Below, in pieces: positions 49,031-59,208 of a stretch of 64,000 nucleotides of DNA. Each line of letters begins with the position of its first letter. Position 1 is the stretch's first letter. The position numbers and the translations under genes are program-made. The notes beneath the pieces were generated by a model, which saw only the letters and a program-made list of their open reading frames with translations, had not been told where the DNA came from and did no database searches. Source of the DNA: a virus; IMG/VR virus record IMGVR_UViG_3300009181_004605, positions 5,133-69,132 of that record. One strand, written 5' to 3'.

Positions 49031-50746
49031 TTATATCGATTGTCCTATTGATTGACTTGCTGGTGGTTCTTTAATATATGCTTCTACAGTAAGTGGATTA
49101 GATAATGGTATATTATCAATATATTCTACTGCCTTTACTGTTGCGATTGGAGTACCTGTTGCGATTGGAGTACCTGTTGCGCCCGTAGTACCTGTTGATA
49201 CTGCACCGGTATTTGAATTAACTACCGTATTTGTTGACGTGGATACCGCCCCTGAACTAGTAGTCGTTGTGGTTGCTGCAACGTTTAAATTGCTAGTTAC
49301 ATTAACTCCTTGATTGGCATATGGATAAGGTGAATGTGTCGGTGCTCGTGTCACAATAGTTGGTAGTATTCCGTTTTGCGATTTCCACCCTTGCGCGGTT
49401 AAACTTGTGTCGGCAAGTTTAAATCCTTTTAATGCTGTGGCCGATGATACAGATGGTGGGCTACCACCATTTAAATTGATTGGTGATCCTTTGAAATCTA
49501 ATGAACCCGACGCATTCCATCCACCCCCCTTGCTCTTTATTCCTAATTTGCCTCCGCTGTTGATTCCGATTTCTGTTTTGCTATACAACAACAGTTTTTT
49601 TTCAGCATACACCGTCATTGTTGCATCGCTTTCTAAACGTAGATTATCTTTACTTTTAATATTAATTTTGCCGCCGGCATACATGTTTATGTCTTTATCA
49701 GCATGTAGATTCAGAGTACCTTGGGTACGTATATTCACACTGTTTGTGGAGAATACATCTACCGTACCTTGCTTGCCAAACTCCATCCATGTCTGCCCAT
49801 TGGCATGGGTGATGAAGAAACAATCTCCATCATCACTCATGGTTATTTGATGGCCTTTGGCTGTGCGTATGCGTATTAATGTGTCGGCGCCGTCGAGATC
49901 ACCATCGTCCATTACAAAGGTATGCCCGCCTTGTCGGCCTACTACTTTAATATCTTGCGGTTTAAGCTCACCACGTTCTAATTTCCCACGAATAGTTTTA
50001 GTATCAAGCCCGCCGTTATAGATAGCCTTGCCTGGGGTGCTGATTCCATATACTGTGCTAGGACTTTCTCGTTGGCTGCTACTGCGAATAGGACCACGTA
50101 TAATATCTCGATCTAATCCTTGTTGAAACAATATAGCTGCTACTACGCTTTGAACTGGTTTAATTTGATCAAAGAATCTTGGATTATCACTTATAGCAGT
50201 ATTGTAATCATTTATTTCAGTAACTGGTAATAATTTAGCACGTACAAACGAAGTTGTCTGTGCATTATTAGAAATAGAATATTTACTACTTGATCCAATT
50301 GCTGGTATCATGTGATTGATACCTGGTTCAGGCACACATCCGGTATAGTATCCTTGGCTTGGGTCACCACCAACAAAGAAACATAATACTCTAACACCAA
50401 GATCTGGTGGAGTAAACCACATACCGTAACTGGAACTATTTCCCGGAAATGTGCCTACTCCTGGAGTTTCGGCCGTATATCCTATATCGCCATTGAATGG
50501 TGTGGCTCCGTAAAATGGTGGACAATAACTTACTGTACGCCAAAGATTTATATCTGTTAGATTAGGGGTTCCGTCGGCATTGATAGCATTAAATTCTTGT
50601 ATAGCGACTTGCAATCTACCATTGCGTGTATTATCAATATTATTAACAACAATACCGATAAATGGTCCCATTTCTGCAGGAACGCCGCCGCGGTCGTATT
50701 TGTATGCTGGTGGTCTACCTCTGCTGCGTTGACTATTATATCCCAT
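49031..50746 (-). CDS. baseplate hub/central spike (gp5/VgrG-like, OB-fold plus beta-helix)
   Basis: D..RNGRLQV, SYGMWFTPPDLG..VLCFF, GHTFVMDD, RIRTAKGHQI, beta-helix repeats, INLNG, P.H.P. Confidence 0.8.
   Translation of the reverse strand: MGYNSQRSRGRPPAYKYDRGGVPAEMGPFIGIVVNNIDNTRNGRLQVAIQEFNAINADGTPNLTDINLWRTVSYCPPFYGATPFNGDIGYTAETPGVGTFPGNSSSYGMWFTPPDLGVRVLCFFVGGDPSQGYYTGCVPEPGINHMIPAIGSSSKYSISNNAQTTSFVRAKLLPVTEINDYNTAISDNPRFFDQIKPVQSVVAAILFQQGLDRDIIRGPIRSSSQRESPSTVYGISTPGKAIYNGGLDTKTIRGKLERGELKPQDIKVVGRQGGHTFVMDDGDLDGADTLIRIRTAKGHQITMSDDGDCFFITHANGQTWMEFGKQGTVDVFSTNSVNIRTQGTLNLHADKDINMYAGGKINIKSKDNLRLESDATMTVYAEKKLLLYSKTEIGINSGGKLGIKSKGGGWNASGSLDFKGSPINLNGGSPPSVSSATALKGFKLADTSLTAQGWKSQNGILPTIVTRAPTHSPYPYANQGVNVTSNLNVAATTTTTSSGAVSTSTNTVVNSNTGAVSTGTTGATGTPIATGTPIATVKAVEYIDNIPLSNPLTVEAYIKEPPASQSIGQSI
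49138..49197. repeat. 18-bp tandem repeat in the spike gene C-terminal linker
   Basis: CTGTTGCGATTGGAGTAC x2 then degenerate CTGTTGCGCCCGTAGTAC; encodes TGTPIA repeats. Confidence 0.8.
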
Positions 50747-50766
50747 GTGTATCCTTGTTAATCATA

Positions 50767-53700
50767 TTATAATCCGCCGATATCTGAGTTTTCATTTAAG
50801 GTAGTTGTTTGTGTATCTTGCGGCCCGACTCCATCGGTTTGTATAAGATCTGTATTGTCTTCTCTAGCATTAGGATCTACTTGAGAATATGCATCATCGG
50901 TTGCTGCCATTACTTGTGATGGAGTATTTACTATCTGTGGTGAGGTTGCTGAGTTAATTGCATCGTTTACACTTTTGGTTACGACATTGCCGGCTGCCCT
51001 GGCGGTTGGTAGAAGCGCCTGCCCTAATGTATTTTGTAGTTGAGCGCTTGCTGTACCAATAAACTGACCAAAAGACGTTGGGGGTTTTGGTTGCGCAGCA
51101 ATACTTGGTGTTGCTGCGGTTGCTGCTATAGCATTGTCGCTTTTACGTACATCTCCCTGTGATGCTGATACTAAATTATTAATCCCAGCTGCAACCACAG
51201 TTGACGTTGTGCCGACTCTTGCATTTTCAGCAAGCATCAGGCGTAAATCGGCTGCTTCTTTATCGAGAGCGATATCGGCATTTACATCTGTGTGGGACAT
51301 CCGTAGTCCGGCACCCATAATTGTTTGTGTAAATTTTCCTTGCTTAAATTCACTAAGAACTTCTCGTGCTTTAAACACATAATTCTGTGCTGCGCGTCCT
51401 GGTCCGGATTTTCCGGGAGTACGTCCAATAATTGGATCAATCCCGAAGTTATTTGCGCCAACATCCATAAGTCCAGTTTGAAGATCATAATCTGTGGGTT
51501 TGTTAAACGCTATTTCAAATAATATTTCCTGACTTTCAAAGTTAATAGTGCCATCAGGTAAAAATGGATTAAAATATACTGATGGAGCCAATCCTACAGA
51601 TGCTTCGCCTTGCTGTAACCAGGCAGGATCTCCGACAATATTCAGTTTTGCTTCGTTCCAAACAGCTGGACTGTATAATTCGTCTGCTGCGTTAGCTGCC
51701 GCTTCGTTTACGCGGCCATCGGAGCCGAAGCTGCTGGCATCGCTACGTGGCTGCGAATTGCGTTTAACTAGCGAATTTAATAAATTTGCATTTTGTATTT
51801 CGCCATTGGGTACGTTAGATGTTATGGTCTGGGTATAGAGTGCGTCCATGGTATTTTCAAAGCTTATAACTGATGTATTTTCGCCCGTAAACCAATAATT
51901 ATAAGATTTATGCACTCCTGGAAATGCTAGGTCATTCACAAAATAACTACTTGTTAATTCTGCTAATTTGTAAAAGCTTAATGTGTATGTGATGTCATAT
52001 GCATAGTCGTGTCGCAATGGATCCATTGGACTATTTGGCACCGCTTTCATCCCAATTTTAAACCAACTTAATGCATGTTTGCCGGCGCCTGCTATTGGTT
52101 TAAGTGTTTGTTTTCCATCACTACCAACGGCAACATCAACAGTTTGCTGATCTTTTATATAGGTACTATTACGTGTAATTAATTCAATTACTTGTACAAG
52201 TTGTTGACCTGGGGTAATAGTTAAATTGTATGAGTTAATATTCATTGACTGTGTTCTTGGATCAAAATTAACTGTATCGTATGGGCCACAGATCATGGCT
52301 GTTTTTGTTTTATCGACAGATCCTGAGGCTTTAATCAATGCGTTTGCAATAGCAGGATTTGTGAATTCTATAAAATAACGATCAGGATATGTTATCTGTT
52401 TACCCACCGCATCTAATTGTTGTTGATTCATTGCATCCATTAATCCACGACGCACTGTTTTTGTAGTTGTTGGTGCTGCTGCTGCATTTGGCGGTGGTGT
52501 ATTTACTGCCCCTGCTACCTTTGTTTGCGCAAAAATTGCATTGACCTGTCCAGTTGCTGTACCAAGTTGCGGATTAAACACTTGACCGGTAAATGTAGGA
52601 AGTCTTTGTCTTGCTGCGATATCAGATGATTGACTCTCGGTTGTTCCAGATGATCGAATCTCGGTGGTACCGGAAAATGCCTGAGATAGAGTAATACCAC
52701 TTAATTCTATACCAAATTTAATTGTTCCTCTGTCAGAGCTTGCTGCAATTTGAGTAGCTGGGGTGGCAGCTTTCAGGGTATATGCAACTGCTTTGCCGGC
52801 AATCTTCCATTGGACTTCATTTAATTGAAAAGGATAAAATTTTTCAATTATAGAATCTGTCCCGCCAGGTGTGGCATTGGTTCCTTGTGCAATGGTCGTG
52901 TTGGCATTGCCACCGCGAACCAACTTCCCGTTTTGATCATATCCATAAAATCTTATTGCTAAAAGATATATTTGGGAAGTATAACTATTATCTTTATCTC
53001 CGATTGTTCCTAAAAATTCATTCACAGCTTTCTTTAAATTAGAAAGAAAAGTTATACCATACGGTTCGATTACCGTCATGATAAATTCATTTGTATTATG
53101 TGCAGCACCCGTACCTTGGCCGGCAATTTGAGATTTTAGTGAAAAGGTATCAATATAATAATCTGTCTTAAAAAATTTATTACGCCCAATTTGATCATCA
53201 ACAGTATTGATTGTTGCTCCCCCGCTTTGAAACAATAGCTGTGCTCCGCGCAACGTTGCCTTTTTTTCTTTCATCATGTTTGCATAATCAGTCGGACTTA
53301 AAAGATATACAGATGCATTGTAGGTATAACTAGCATATTGATCAAGCACATTAGGTTGGGGTGTTATCTGTTGATTTTGATTAAAGATATTATCGATTTC
53401 AATTAGTGTAGCATTTCTATTAGGTATAACATTATCAGCGTTACCGGCACCGACCCCTATTTTCGTTATAGGTTTTGCTATTTCGGGCATTACTGCAATA
53501 TCATCATCGCCGGTGCTTGCTGCCATGCGCACCCTGGGTGGTGGAGGAGGATTTCTAATCTGAATATTTGGAGTATCTGTAGTCGCTTGTGTTTGTATTA
53601 CTGGTCGTGTTGCGGCGTCGGTTCCAAATGTTATTCCATCAACGCCCACAGATGGTATGGCATTAGTTCCTGCGGTAGTAGTAGAAGGTGCCACACCCAC

Positions 53701-54105
53701 TTTGCCATCGTTGTCAACTTGTTGTTGTGGTGGTGCAGGCGCTTGAGTTCGAGCCCCATCATCGGTCGCTGCTTGTGCGTCTTGTGTGACTTGTCCTGTA
53801 CTTGCTGTTCCCTTGTCGTCTTGCGCAACAATCACAGGATTTGTAGACTGTGTTGGTGGTGCCACAGCCGCTTTGATGTCGGTATCAAGTTTGATTTCTT
53901 CTTTAAGTTGGTCGATCTCTTTTGACACAATGTTTAATTTTGCAAGATCGACAAATAAGGCTTGTCTTTTTGCCAATGGTAAACTATTAAAACTATTTGC
54001 ATCAACAAATAGTCTGTCAGCTAACCCTATCTTATCCATCTCGTCTCGAAGATATTTTATTTGTGCCGGAGTAAAATCGCTCCACTGATAGCCGTTAACT
54101 GACAT
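50767..54105 (-). CDS. putative baseplate hub/tail protein
   Basis: PNVLDQYASYTY, IEPYGITF, K.YNYWFTGEN, IVGDPAWL, F.QGKFTQ; low-complexity termini; upstream of spike. Confidence 0.65.
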   Translation of the reverse strand: MSVNGYQWSDFTPAQIKYLRDEMDKIGLADRLFVDANSFNSLPLAKRQALFVDLAKLNIVSKEIDQLKEEIKLDTDIKAAVAPPTQSTNPVIVAQDDKGTASTGQVTQDAQAATDDGARTQAPAPPQQQVDNDGKVGVAPSTTTAGTNAIPSVGVDGITFGTDAATRPVIQTQATTDTPNIQIRNPPPPPRVRMAASTGDDDIAVMPEIAKPITKIGVGAGNADNVIPNRNATLIEIDNIFNQNQQITPQPNVLDQYASYTYNASVYLLSPTDYANMMKEKKATLRGAQLLFQSGGATINTVDDQIGRNKFFKTDYYIDTFSLKSQIAGQGTGAAHNTNEFIMTVIEPYGITFLSNLKKAVNEFLGTIGDKDNSYTSQIYLLAIRFYGYDQNGKLVRGGNANTTIAQGTNATPGGTDSIIEKFYPFQLNEVQWKIAGKAVAYTLKAATPATQIAASSDRGTIKFGIELSGITLSQAFSGTTEIRSSGTTESQSSDIAARQRLPTFTGQVFNPQLGTATGQVNAIFAQTKVAGAVNTPPPNAAAAPTTTKTVRRGLMDAMNQQQLDAVGKQITYPDRYFIEFTNPAIANALIKASGSVDKTKTAMICGPYDTVNFDPRTQSMNINSYNLTITPGQQLVQVIELITRNSTYIKDQQTVDVAVGSDGKQTLKPIAGAGKHALSWFKIGMKAVPNSPMDPLRHDYAYDITYTLSFYKLAELTSSYFVNDLAFPGVHKSYNYWFTGENTSVISFENTMDALYTQTITSNVPNGEIQNANLLNSLVKRNSQPRSDASSFGSDGRVNEAAANAADELYSPAVWNEAKLNIVGDPAWLQQGEASVGLAPSVYFNPFLPDGTINFESQEILFEIAFNKPTDYDLQTGLMDVGANNFGIDPIIGRTPGKSGPGRAAQNYVFKAREVLSEFKQGKFTQTIMGAGLRMSHTDVNADIALDKEAADLRLMLAENARVGTTSTVVAAGINNLVSASQGDVRKSDNAIAATAATPSIAAQPKPPTSFGQFIGTASAQLQNTLGQALLPTARAAGNVVTKSVNDAINSATSPQIVNTPSQVMAATDDAYSQVDPNAREDNTDLIQTDGVGPQDTQTTTLNENSDIGGL

Positions 54106-54405
54106 TTAAAATCCTAGTGTTGCACGTAAAGTAGAAATTTTAGGCAAAAATATCTTAACACCTACAGCAAAATCTAATGGAGGTGTAGCCAATGTATTTG
54201 GATTGCGTTGATAAAATACCCACCATAAGCCCGGATTACTATATAGGTCAAATGCCAACAGATCAGGACGATATTGATAAACCTGTGTTATTATCATTTG
54301 TAAATCATCGGATTGCTTAGGGATAGGTCTATTAACCATTGGACTAAGATAGAACTGGGTATATCCAGTTGCGTAATATGGGCTAGTCGATGTGTAGTCT
54401 GCCAT
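54106..54405 (-). CDS. baseplate wedge protein (gp53/LysM-like)
   Basis: YRPDLLAFDLY..PGLWWVF..RN, G..I.LP; start ATG 54405 overlapping upstream TAA. Confidence 0.75.
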   Translation of the reverse strand: MADYTSTSPYYATGYTQFYLSPMVNRPIPKQSDDLQMIITQVYQYRPDLLAFDLYSNPGLWWVFYQRNPNTLATPPLDFAVGVKIFLPKISTLRATLGF

Positions 54406-56462
54406 TACCAAAATCCTTTTCTTAGCAAATTACCATTTGCAAATTCAGTTAAACTGAATACTTGACTTACTTGCTGTCGCGATTGTATTGGGTATAATTG
54501 AATACTAATCTCTATTTTAGTGGGAACATATGTTGATGGTGGATCTTGTGATGAAACTTGCCCCAATATGCGTACAAAGGCAGGACCTGCAGCAGGAGCT
54601 TTTTGTGCTCCTGGGTCTATACCTTGCCCAAGATTTCTAAGACGCTCTATTGTATAGCTCAACGGATTGCTTGCTGTACTTGTAGTTTCTCTTGCGGTAA
54701 GCGTGTTGGTTCCATTAACGTTGAATACACTGCTCGATCGTATATAGTTCACATCTGCTGGTAATGAATAATCAAACGAAGCTACCACACACGGATGTTT
54801 GTTAAATTGATATTGCCCCAATCCAGTAAGAAAAACCAATGGAGGTGGTGCACCACGGTTTGCATCTTGCCCATAAAACATTTTTGTTACTGAACGGAAA
54901 AAATGTATCACTGCCAGTAAATAGTTAGCTTCGGCAGTGTCCTGTGCTGTAAATGTTGCTTTAATATTAATTGGATCAACATAGCTACTTTTGTAAAAGT
55001 ATCCTTTGAAGTTGCTATGTGTCAATGAATACGGTTCATAATCAGCTTTGTATGCGGTACTGATAGCGGGTGTGTATGGAAATATAACTCCGCCTGTGTT
55101 TTTTAATGGTGCTAGTATAGTGCCCACGGCTGCTGCATTATAGAGATAGTCGGCCTCTGGTGCAAGGCTAAGACGAACTCGCCAATCTCCAGTTGTGGCA
55201 TTGTCTAATCCTTGTGCGGCCTGTGTTGCTTGTTGCTGCGCTAAATTTCTTAAAGCTGCGGTCTTATCTAGAGCAGCCACAGCGGCTGCGGCGATATTGC
55301 CACCCGGAGTAATTGGTGCCAATAGTGCGGCGGCTGCTGCTGATATGCCAGAGGCTGTCAGCCCAGCAATAGCAGCATCAACCGGTGTGGCCCCTATTGC
55401 CAATACCGAGTTTGCTGCACCAACAACAACATTAACAAGGCCGGCAGCTTGCGCATCCACAAGTTTGGCTATGTCTGTAACTGATAATTTACGAAGATCT
55501 TGCACTACACCATCTACTAATGCAAATCCACTTTTTAATACACCATCAACTGTAAATCCAAAGCCGGTGTTTGGCACAGGAGCAGGGGGTGGGGAGAGAA
55601 ATTTTCCGGTACTGTCTTGAAATCCTCCGCCTAGGAATACTGGAGAACCGTCTTCACGTAAGGTCCATCCAGGATTCAAATTGCCTTCATCGTCAAATGC
55701 TGTGCCTTGAGGAATGGTGGCTGCAGGCGCATCATTTACACTGAATGCACTTGTGCTTGTTCCAAGTATTCCGTAGCTTGTGGAGTTGGCAACTACTGCA
55801 TTGGCTGTTTTATCTATGCCTCTGTTTAGTGCGGCTGCTGCTGCTTTTCCCGCCGGGGTGTCTCCAAATGTGGATGCTACTACAGATTTTGCTGCTGCTA
55901 CCAACTGATTCTTGGCAAAGGTAGTTGCTTGTTTGGGTAATTCGTTTGCTATATAGTCCGATACTTTTGTTGATAAGCTACTGGCGATTGAGCTAAGTTT
56001 ATCGCCTATGGAATATTGTCCTGCTTCGACAGATGCGATCAGATCATTGGCGTATGCTTGTAAATCTACTGCGTCGGTTAGAAAATTGGTTGCATCCCCC
56101 AGTACACCTTCGCCAAGTGCACCAATATCAATACCGGCAGCTTCGTTTAGAAAATTAGTTGCAGCACCAGCAACTCCTTCGCCCAGTGCATCGCCGACGG
56201 CGCCAAATGTATCTGCTGTTGTTTGCAATGCATCTGCGCCAAGATATTGTTCAAATTGTGCAAAATCTGGCGCGGCGGATGCAACTGTTTCATATGCAGT
56301 ACCGAGGTAACTACCAAAGTCTCCGGGATCGCCCAATTGCTGAGTAACCGCCTCGGTAATTGTGCTAAATTCATCAAAGGACGGAACATTCTCTGCAACA
56401 AACTCTGCTACTGCCGGCGCCTCCTCAGCGATAAACTCAAGTATTCCTGTAATGAAGGACAT
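54405..56462 (-). CDS. tail-tube-initiator/baseplate protein (gp48/gp54-like C-terminal domain) with long Ala-rich N-terminal extension
   Basis: C-terminal DWRVRLSL, GVIFPYTP, HSNF, FTAQ, HFFRSVTKMFYG, GAPPP; adjacent to gp53-like gene. Confidence 0.6.
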   Translation of the reverse strand: MSFITGILEFIAEEAPAVAEFVAENVPSFDEFSTITEAVTQQLGDPGDFGSYLGTAYETVASAAPDFAQFEQYLGADALQTTADTFGAVGDALGEGVAGAATNFLNEAAGIDIGALGEGVLGDATNFLTDAVDLQAYANDLIASVEAGQYSIGDKLSSIASSLSTKVSDYIANELPKQATTFAKNQLVAAAKSVVASTFGDTPAGKAAAAALNRGIDKTANAVVANSTSYGILGTSTSAFSVNDAPAATIPQGTAFDDEGNLNPGWTLREDGSPVFLGGGFQDSTGKFLSPPPAPVPNTGFGFTVDGVLKSGFALVDGVVQDLRKLSVTDIAKLVDAQAAGLVNVVVGAANSVLAIGATPVDAAIAGLTASGISAAAAALLAPITPGGNIAAAAVAALDKTAALRNLAQQQATQAAQGLDNATTGDWRVRLSLAPEADYLYNAAAVGTILAPLKNTGGVIFPYTPAISTAYKADYEPYSLTHSNFKGYFYKSSYVDPINIKATFTAQDTAEANYLLAVIHFFRSVTKMFYGQDANRGAPPPLVFLTGLGQYQFNKHPCVVASFDYSLPADVNYIRSSSVFNVNGTNTLTARETTSTASNPLSYTIERLRNLGQGIDPGAQKAPAAGPAFVRILGQVSSQDPPSTYVPTKIEISIQLYPIQSRQQVSQVFSLTEFANGNLLRKGFW

Positions 56463-57127
56463 TACTGATCCTCCACTATTATTGTGTCTTCTTTAATACG
56501 GTCAACATCGGTCTCTGACGTGGCGTGGATGCAAAACCATATCGAATCTTCATATGCTCTAATAGTATGCTCCATATTTTTCTTTATATCAAGCACAGCC
56601 GGAGCAGTATATTCTACAGTATTTCCATCTGCTGTTACTGTAACATGTCCTTTGGCCAATATGCTCATATGATCATAAACATGTTTGTGGGTGGGTACTT
56701 GAGTATTTGCTGGAATTTCCCATTTTCTAGCATATACGCCTTCGCTGAAGAAATGTTCCGGCAAGAATTCTATCACCCGTTCCCCTGGCGATTTATCTAA
56801 TTTTGCAATGGTAGTTTCTGTTGTTGGCATCGATTCGTACAGTAGTGTATCGTCTAACGTGGTTGCAGTATAGTAATAATTTGCATCAAGTACAATATGA
56901 ACAGGTGCCGTATATTTTATAATTCTGCCATTATTTTCTAATACCACGGTTCCTTTCCCCAGAATTAACATACGCTGCACAGGCATTGGTTTTATTTTTA
57001 CTCGCAATGCTTTTGGTATATGTAATACATTCATACGCATACCATCAATTAACACCGTTTTGTTTTTAACTGTGGGTTTAGTAATTGGTGGTGCTATAGG
57101 GGGTGCTGTGTCGAGTTCAGTTTGCAT
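56462..57127 (-). CDS. tandem cupin-domain protein
   Basis: Second half HFFSEGVYAR..IPA..THKHVYDH..KG.V..YTAP..H..W.CIH; first half is a His-less copy. Confidence 0.7.
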   Translation of the reverse strand: MQTELDTAPPIAPPITKPTVKNKTVLIDGMRMNVLHIPKALRVKIKPMPVQRMLILGKGTVVLENNGRIIKYTAPVHIVLDANYYYTATTLDDTLLYESMPTTETTIAKLDKSPGERVIEFLPEHFFSEGVYARKWEIPANTQVPTHKHVYDHMSILAKGHVTVTADGNTVEYTAPAVLDIKKNMEHTIRAYEDSIWFCIHATSETDVDRIKEDTIIVEDQ

Positions 57128-57172
57128 GTATGTATTTAATCAAAATAAATACCACGGTCTTAAAGAAACTGG

Positions 57173-57200
57173 TTGACAAGTATAAAAAACCTGTTATAAT
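57173..57200 (+). promoter_or_regulatory. consensus sigma70 promoter TTGACA-N16-TATAAT with extended -10 TG
   Basis: TTGACA 57173-57178, TG at 57192-57193, TATAAT 57195-57200; AAGGAG RBS before GTG 57226. Confidence 0.8.
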
Positions 57201-57225
57201 CAATAACTTATTAAGGAGATTCACA

Positions 57226-58140
57226 GTGGCCACAGCATTACCGCGCACCTCACCCAGAGTAAATTATCTAAATAATCGCGATATTCTTAAAGAAATACAT
57301 TTAAGTAAAAACAATTATTGCACATACTCAGATCCAGTAAATGATCATCAATACGATATCATACTTCCTAGTTTAAGCAAGATCAATGTGCGTTCTGTGG
57401 CTGAAGCCAGGCGCAACCGTGCAGATCGCATCAAGCGTGAAACAGGGCAAGTTATTAATCCAAAGAAGATCCTGCACACAGAGCTGGTTTTTCGTGTGAC
57501 CTGTTGGGAACACATACCCATGGCAGTTAAGAAAATTCCCAAAAGTCAGCTTAAGAAACAAAAAATTGAAGATATCCTTGAGTTTGACGCCGCTGATGAA
57601 AATCCTGTGGATGAATTGCTGGATATTCCAGTGCTAGATGATACTCGCATGAGATTAAACTTTCCACCATTTTATCACTATAGACTTGATGCTGATAAAC
57701 TTCCATTCCAAGTGGGCAAGAGCCATTGGCGTGGTGACTTTGAAACTGGGGAATTTAGCAAAGAGCATGGTGCGATGACCCGCAAACTTGCCACCATGTT
57801 CCTCAAGCTTTGCGAACGATATGGCACAAGAAGCAACTGGCGGGGATATACCTACAACGAAGAAATGCGCGGCCAGGCCTTGCTCCAGCTTAGTCAGATT
57901 GGACTACAGTTTGATGAGAGTCGTAGCCAGAATCCGTTCGCATATTATACTGCTGCTATAACAAATTCATTTACTCGGATATTAAATCTAGAAAAGAAGA
58001 ATCAGAATATTCGAGATGATATTTTAGAAATGAATGGGCTCGATCCTAGTTGGACAAGGCAGAATTCCGGAAAACGAGCGCGCGAGATAATGCCGGTAAC
58101 CGTCATTGATCATACTGCTGAATCTTTCAGGGAGATTTGA
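57226..58140 (+). CDS. phage late-transcription sigma factor (T4 gp55-like)
   Basis: NYLNN..L, NWRGYTY.EEM, FD..RSQNPFAYYT....NSF.R....EKK; adjacent to gp47/gp46 as in T4-like phages. Confidence 0.75.
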   Translation: MATALPRTSPRVNYLNNRDILKEIHLSKNNYCTYSDPVNDHQYDIILPSLSKINVRSVAEARRNRADRIKRETGQVINPKKILHTELVFRVTCWEHIPMAVKKIPKSQLKKQKIEDILEFDAADENPVDELLDIPVLDDTRMRLNFPPFYHYRLDADKLPFQVGKSHWRGDFETGEFSKEHGAMTRKLATMFLKLCERYGTRSNWRGYTYNEEMRGQALLQLSQIGLQFDESRSQNPFAYYTAAITNSFTRILNLEKKNQNIRDDILEMNGLDPSWTRQNSGKRAREIMPVTVIDHTAESFREI

Positions 58141-58156
58141 AATGGCGAAAATACAT

Positions 58157-58185
58157 TTGCTCTTGCTTGATGTATAATGTATAAT
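58157..58185 (+). promoter_or_regulatory. sigma70-type promoter TTGCTC-N17-TATAAT
   Basis: TTGCTC 58157-58162, TATAAT at 58180-58185 (second copy at 58173-58178), ATG at 58192. Confidence 0.5.
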
Positions 58186-58191
58186 TGATGG

Positions 58192-59208
58192 ATGAGTAAT
58201 TTATTTAAAAAAGTTGCGGTGATGACCGATATTCACTACGGTCTGAAAAATAACAGTCTGCAACATAATACAGATTGTGATACGTTTGTTGATTGGTTTA
58301 TTGCCACAGCCAAAGAACAGGGTTGTGAGACCGGCATGTTTACCGGAGACTGGCACAATCATCGTGCATCCATAAACTTGCAAACTTTGCAATTCTCTGT
58401 TCGAGCGTTAGAGAAGCTCAGTGCTGCATTTGATAGATTCTATTTTATTCCCGGCAATCACGATTTATATTATCGTGATCGTCGGGATATTCATGGCGCC
58501 GAATGGGCAAAGCACATACCCAACATTCATATTGTTAATGACTGGTTCAAGGATGGTGATGTGATCATTGCTCCGTGGCTGGTTGGGGATGATCATAAAA
58601 AGATATCCAAGCTCAGTGCCAAATATGTATTTGGGCATTTTGAGCTGCCACATTTTAAGATGAATGCCATGGTAGAGATGCCGGATCATGGTGAGATACA
58701 GGCCGAACACTTTGGTGGTGTTGATGAAGTGTTTTCTGGCCATTTCCATTTGCGACAGAAACAGCGTAACATCAACTACATCGGAAATTGCTTCCCACAT
58801 AACTTTGCCGATGCTGGGGATGATGCACGTGGCATGATGGTGTTGGATTGGGGCAAGGCACCGGTATATCATGCCTGGCCGGGACAACCACTGTATCGTG
58901 TGTTAAAGCTAAGTTCAGTTATTGATCAAGCACCTAAGTTGTTAGCGCCCAATATGCATGTACGAGTCGAGCTTGATATTGATATCAGCTACGAAGAAGC
59001 TAACTTTATAAAAGAAACTTTCGTAAAAGATTATCAACTTAGAGATATGGCATTGATGCCAAGCAAGAATGCTGCGGTAGATACGGATATGGCTCCGGGG
59101 GAGGTGAAGTTCGAAAGTGTCGATCAGATTGTAACAGATCAACTAACCAATATCGACAGTGAATTTTATGATCCAAAACTGTTACTGAAGATATATCAAA
59201 ATCTATGA
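58192..59208 (+). CDS. recombination endonuclease subunit (gp47/SbcD/Mre11-like metallophosphoesterase)
   Basis: TDIHYG, GDWH, GNHD, GHFE, SGHFH motifs. Confidence 0.92.
   Translation: MSNLFKKVAVMTDIHYGLKNNSLQHNTDCDTFVDWFIATAKEQGCETGMFTGDWHNHRASINLQTLQFSVRALEKLSAAFDRFYFIPGNHDLYYRDRRDIHGAEWAKHIPNIHIVNDWFKDGDVIIAPWLVGDDHKKISKLSAKYVFGHFELPHFKMNAMVEMPDHGEIQAEHFGGVDEVFSGHFHLRQKQRNINYIGNCFPHNFADAGDDARGMMVLDWGKAPVYHAWPGQPLYRVLKLSSVIDQAPKLLAPNMHVRVELDIDISYEEANFIKETFVKDYQLRDMALMPSKNAAVDTDMAPGEVKFESVDQIVTDQLTNIDSEFYDPKLLLKIYQNL

Noticed and set aside
49138-49197. Tandem repeat as possible CRISPR or DGR element
   Set aside because: In-frame 18-bp coding repeat with no spacers; no cas or reverse transcriptase genes in the window
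58142-58177. 11-codon ORF between the sigma and gp47 genes
   Set aside because: Too short, overlaps promoter elements, no supporting evidence
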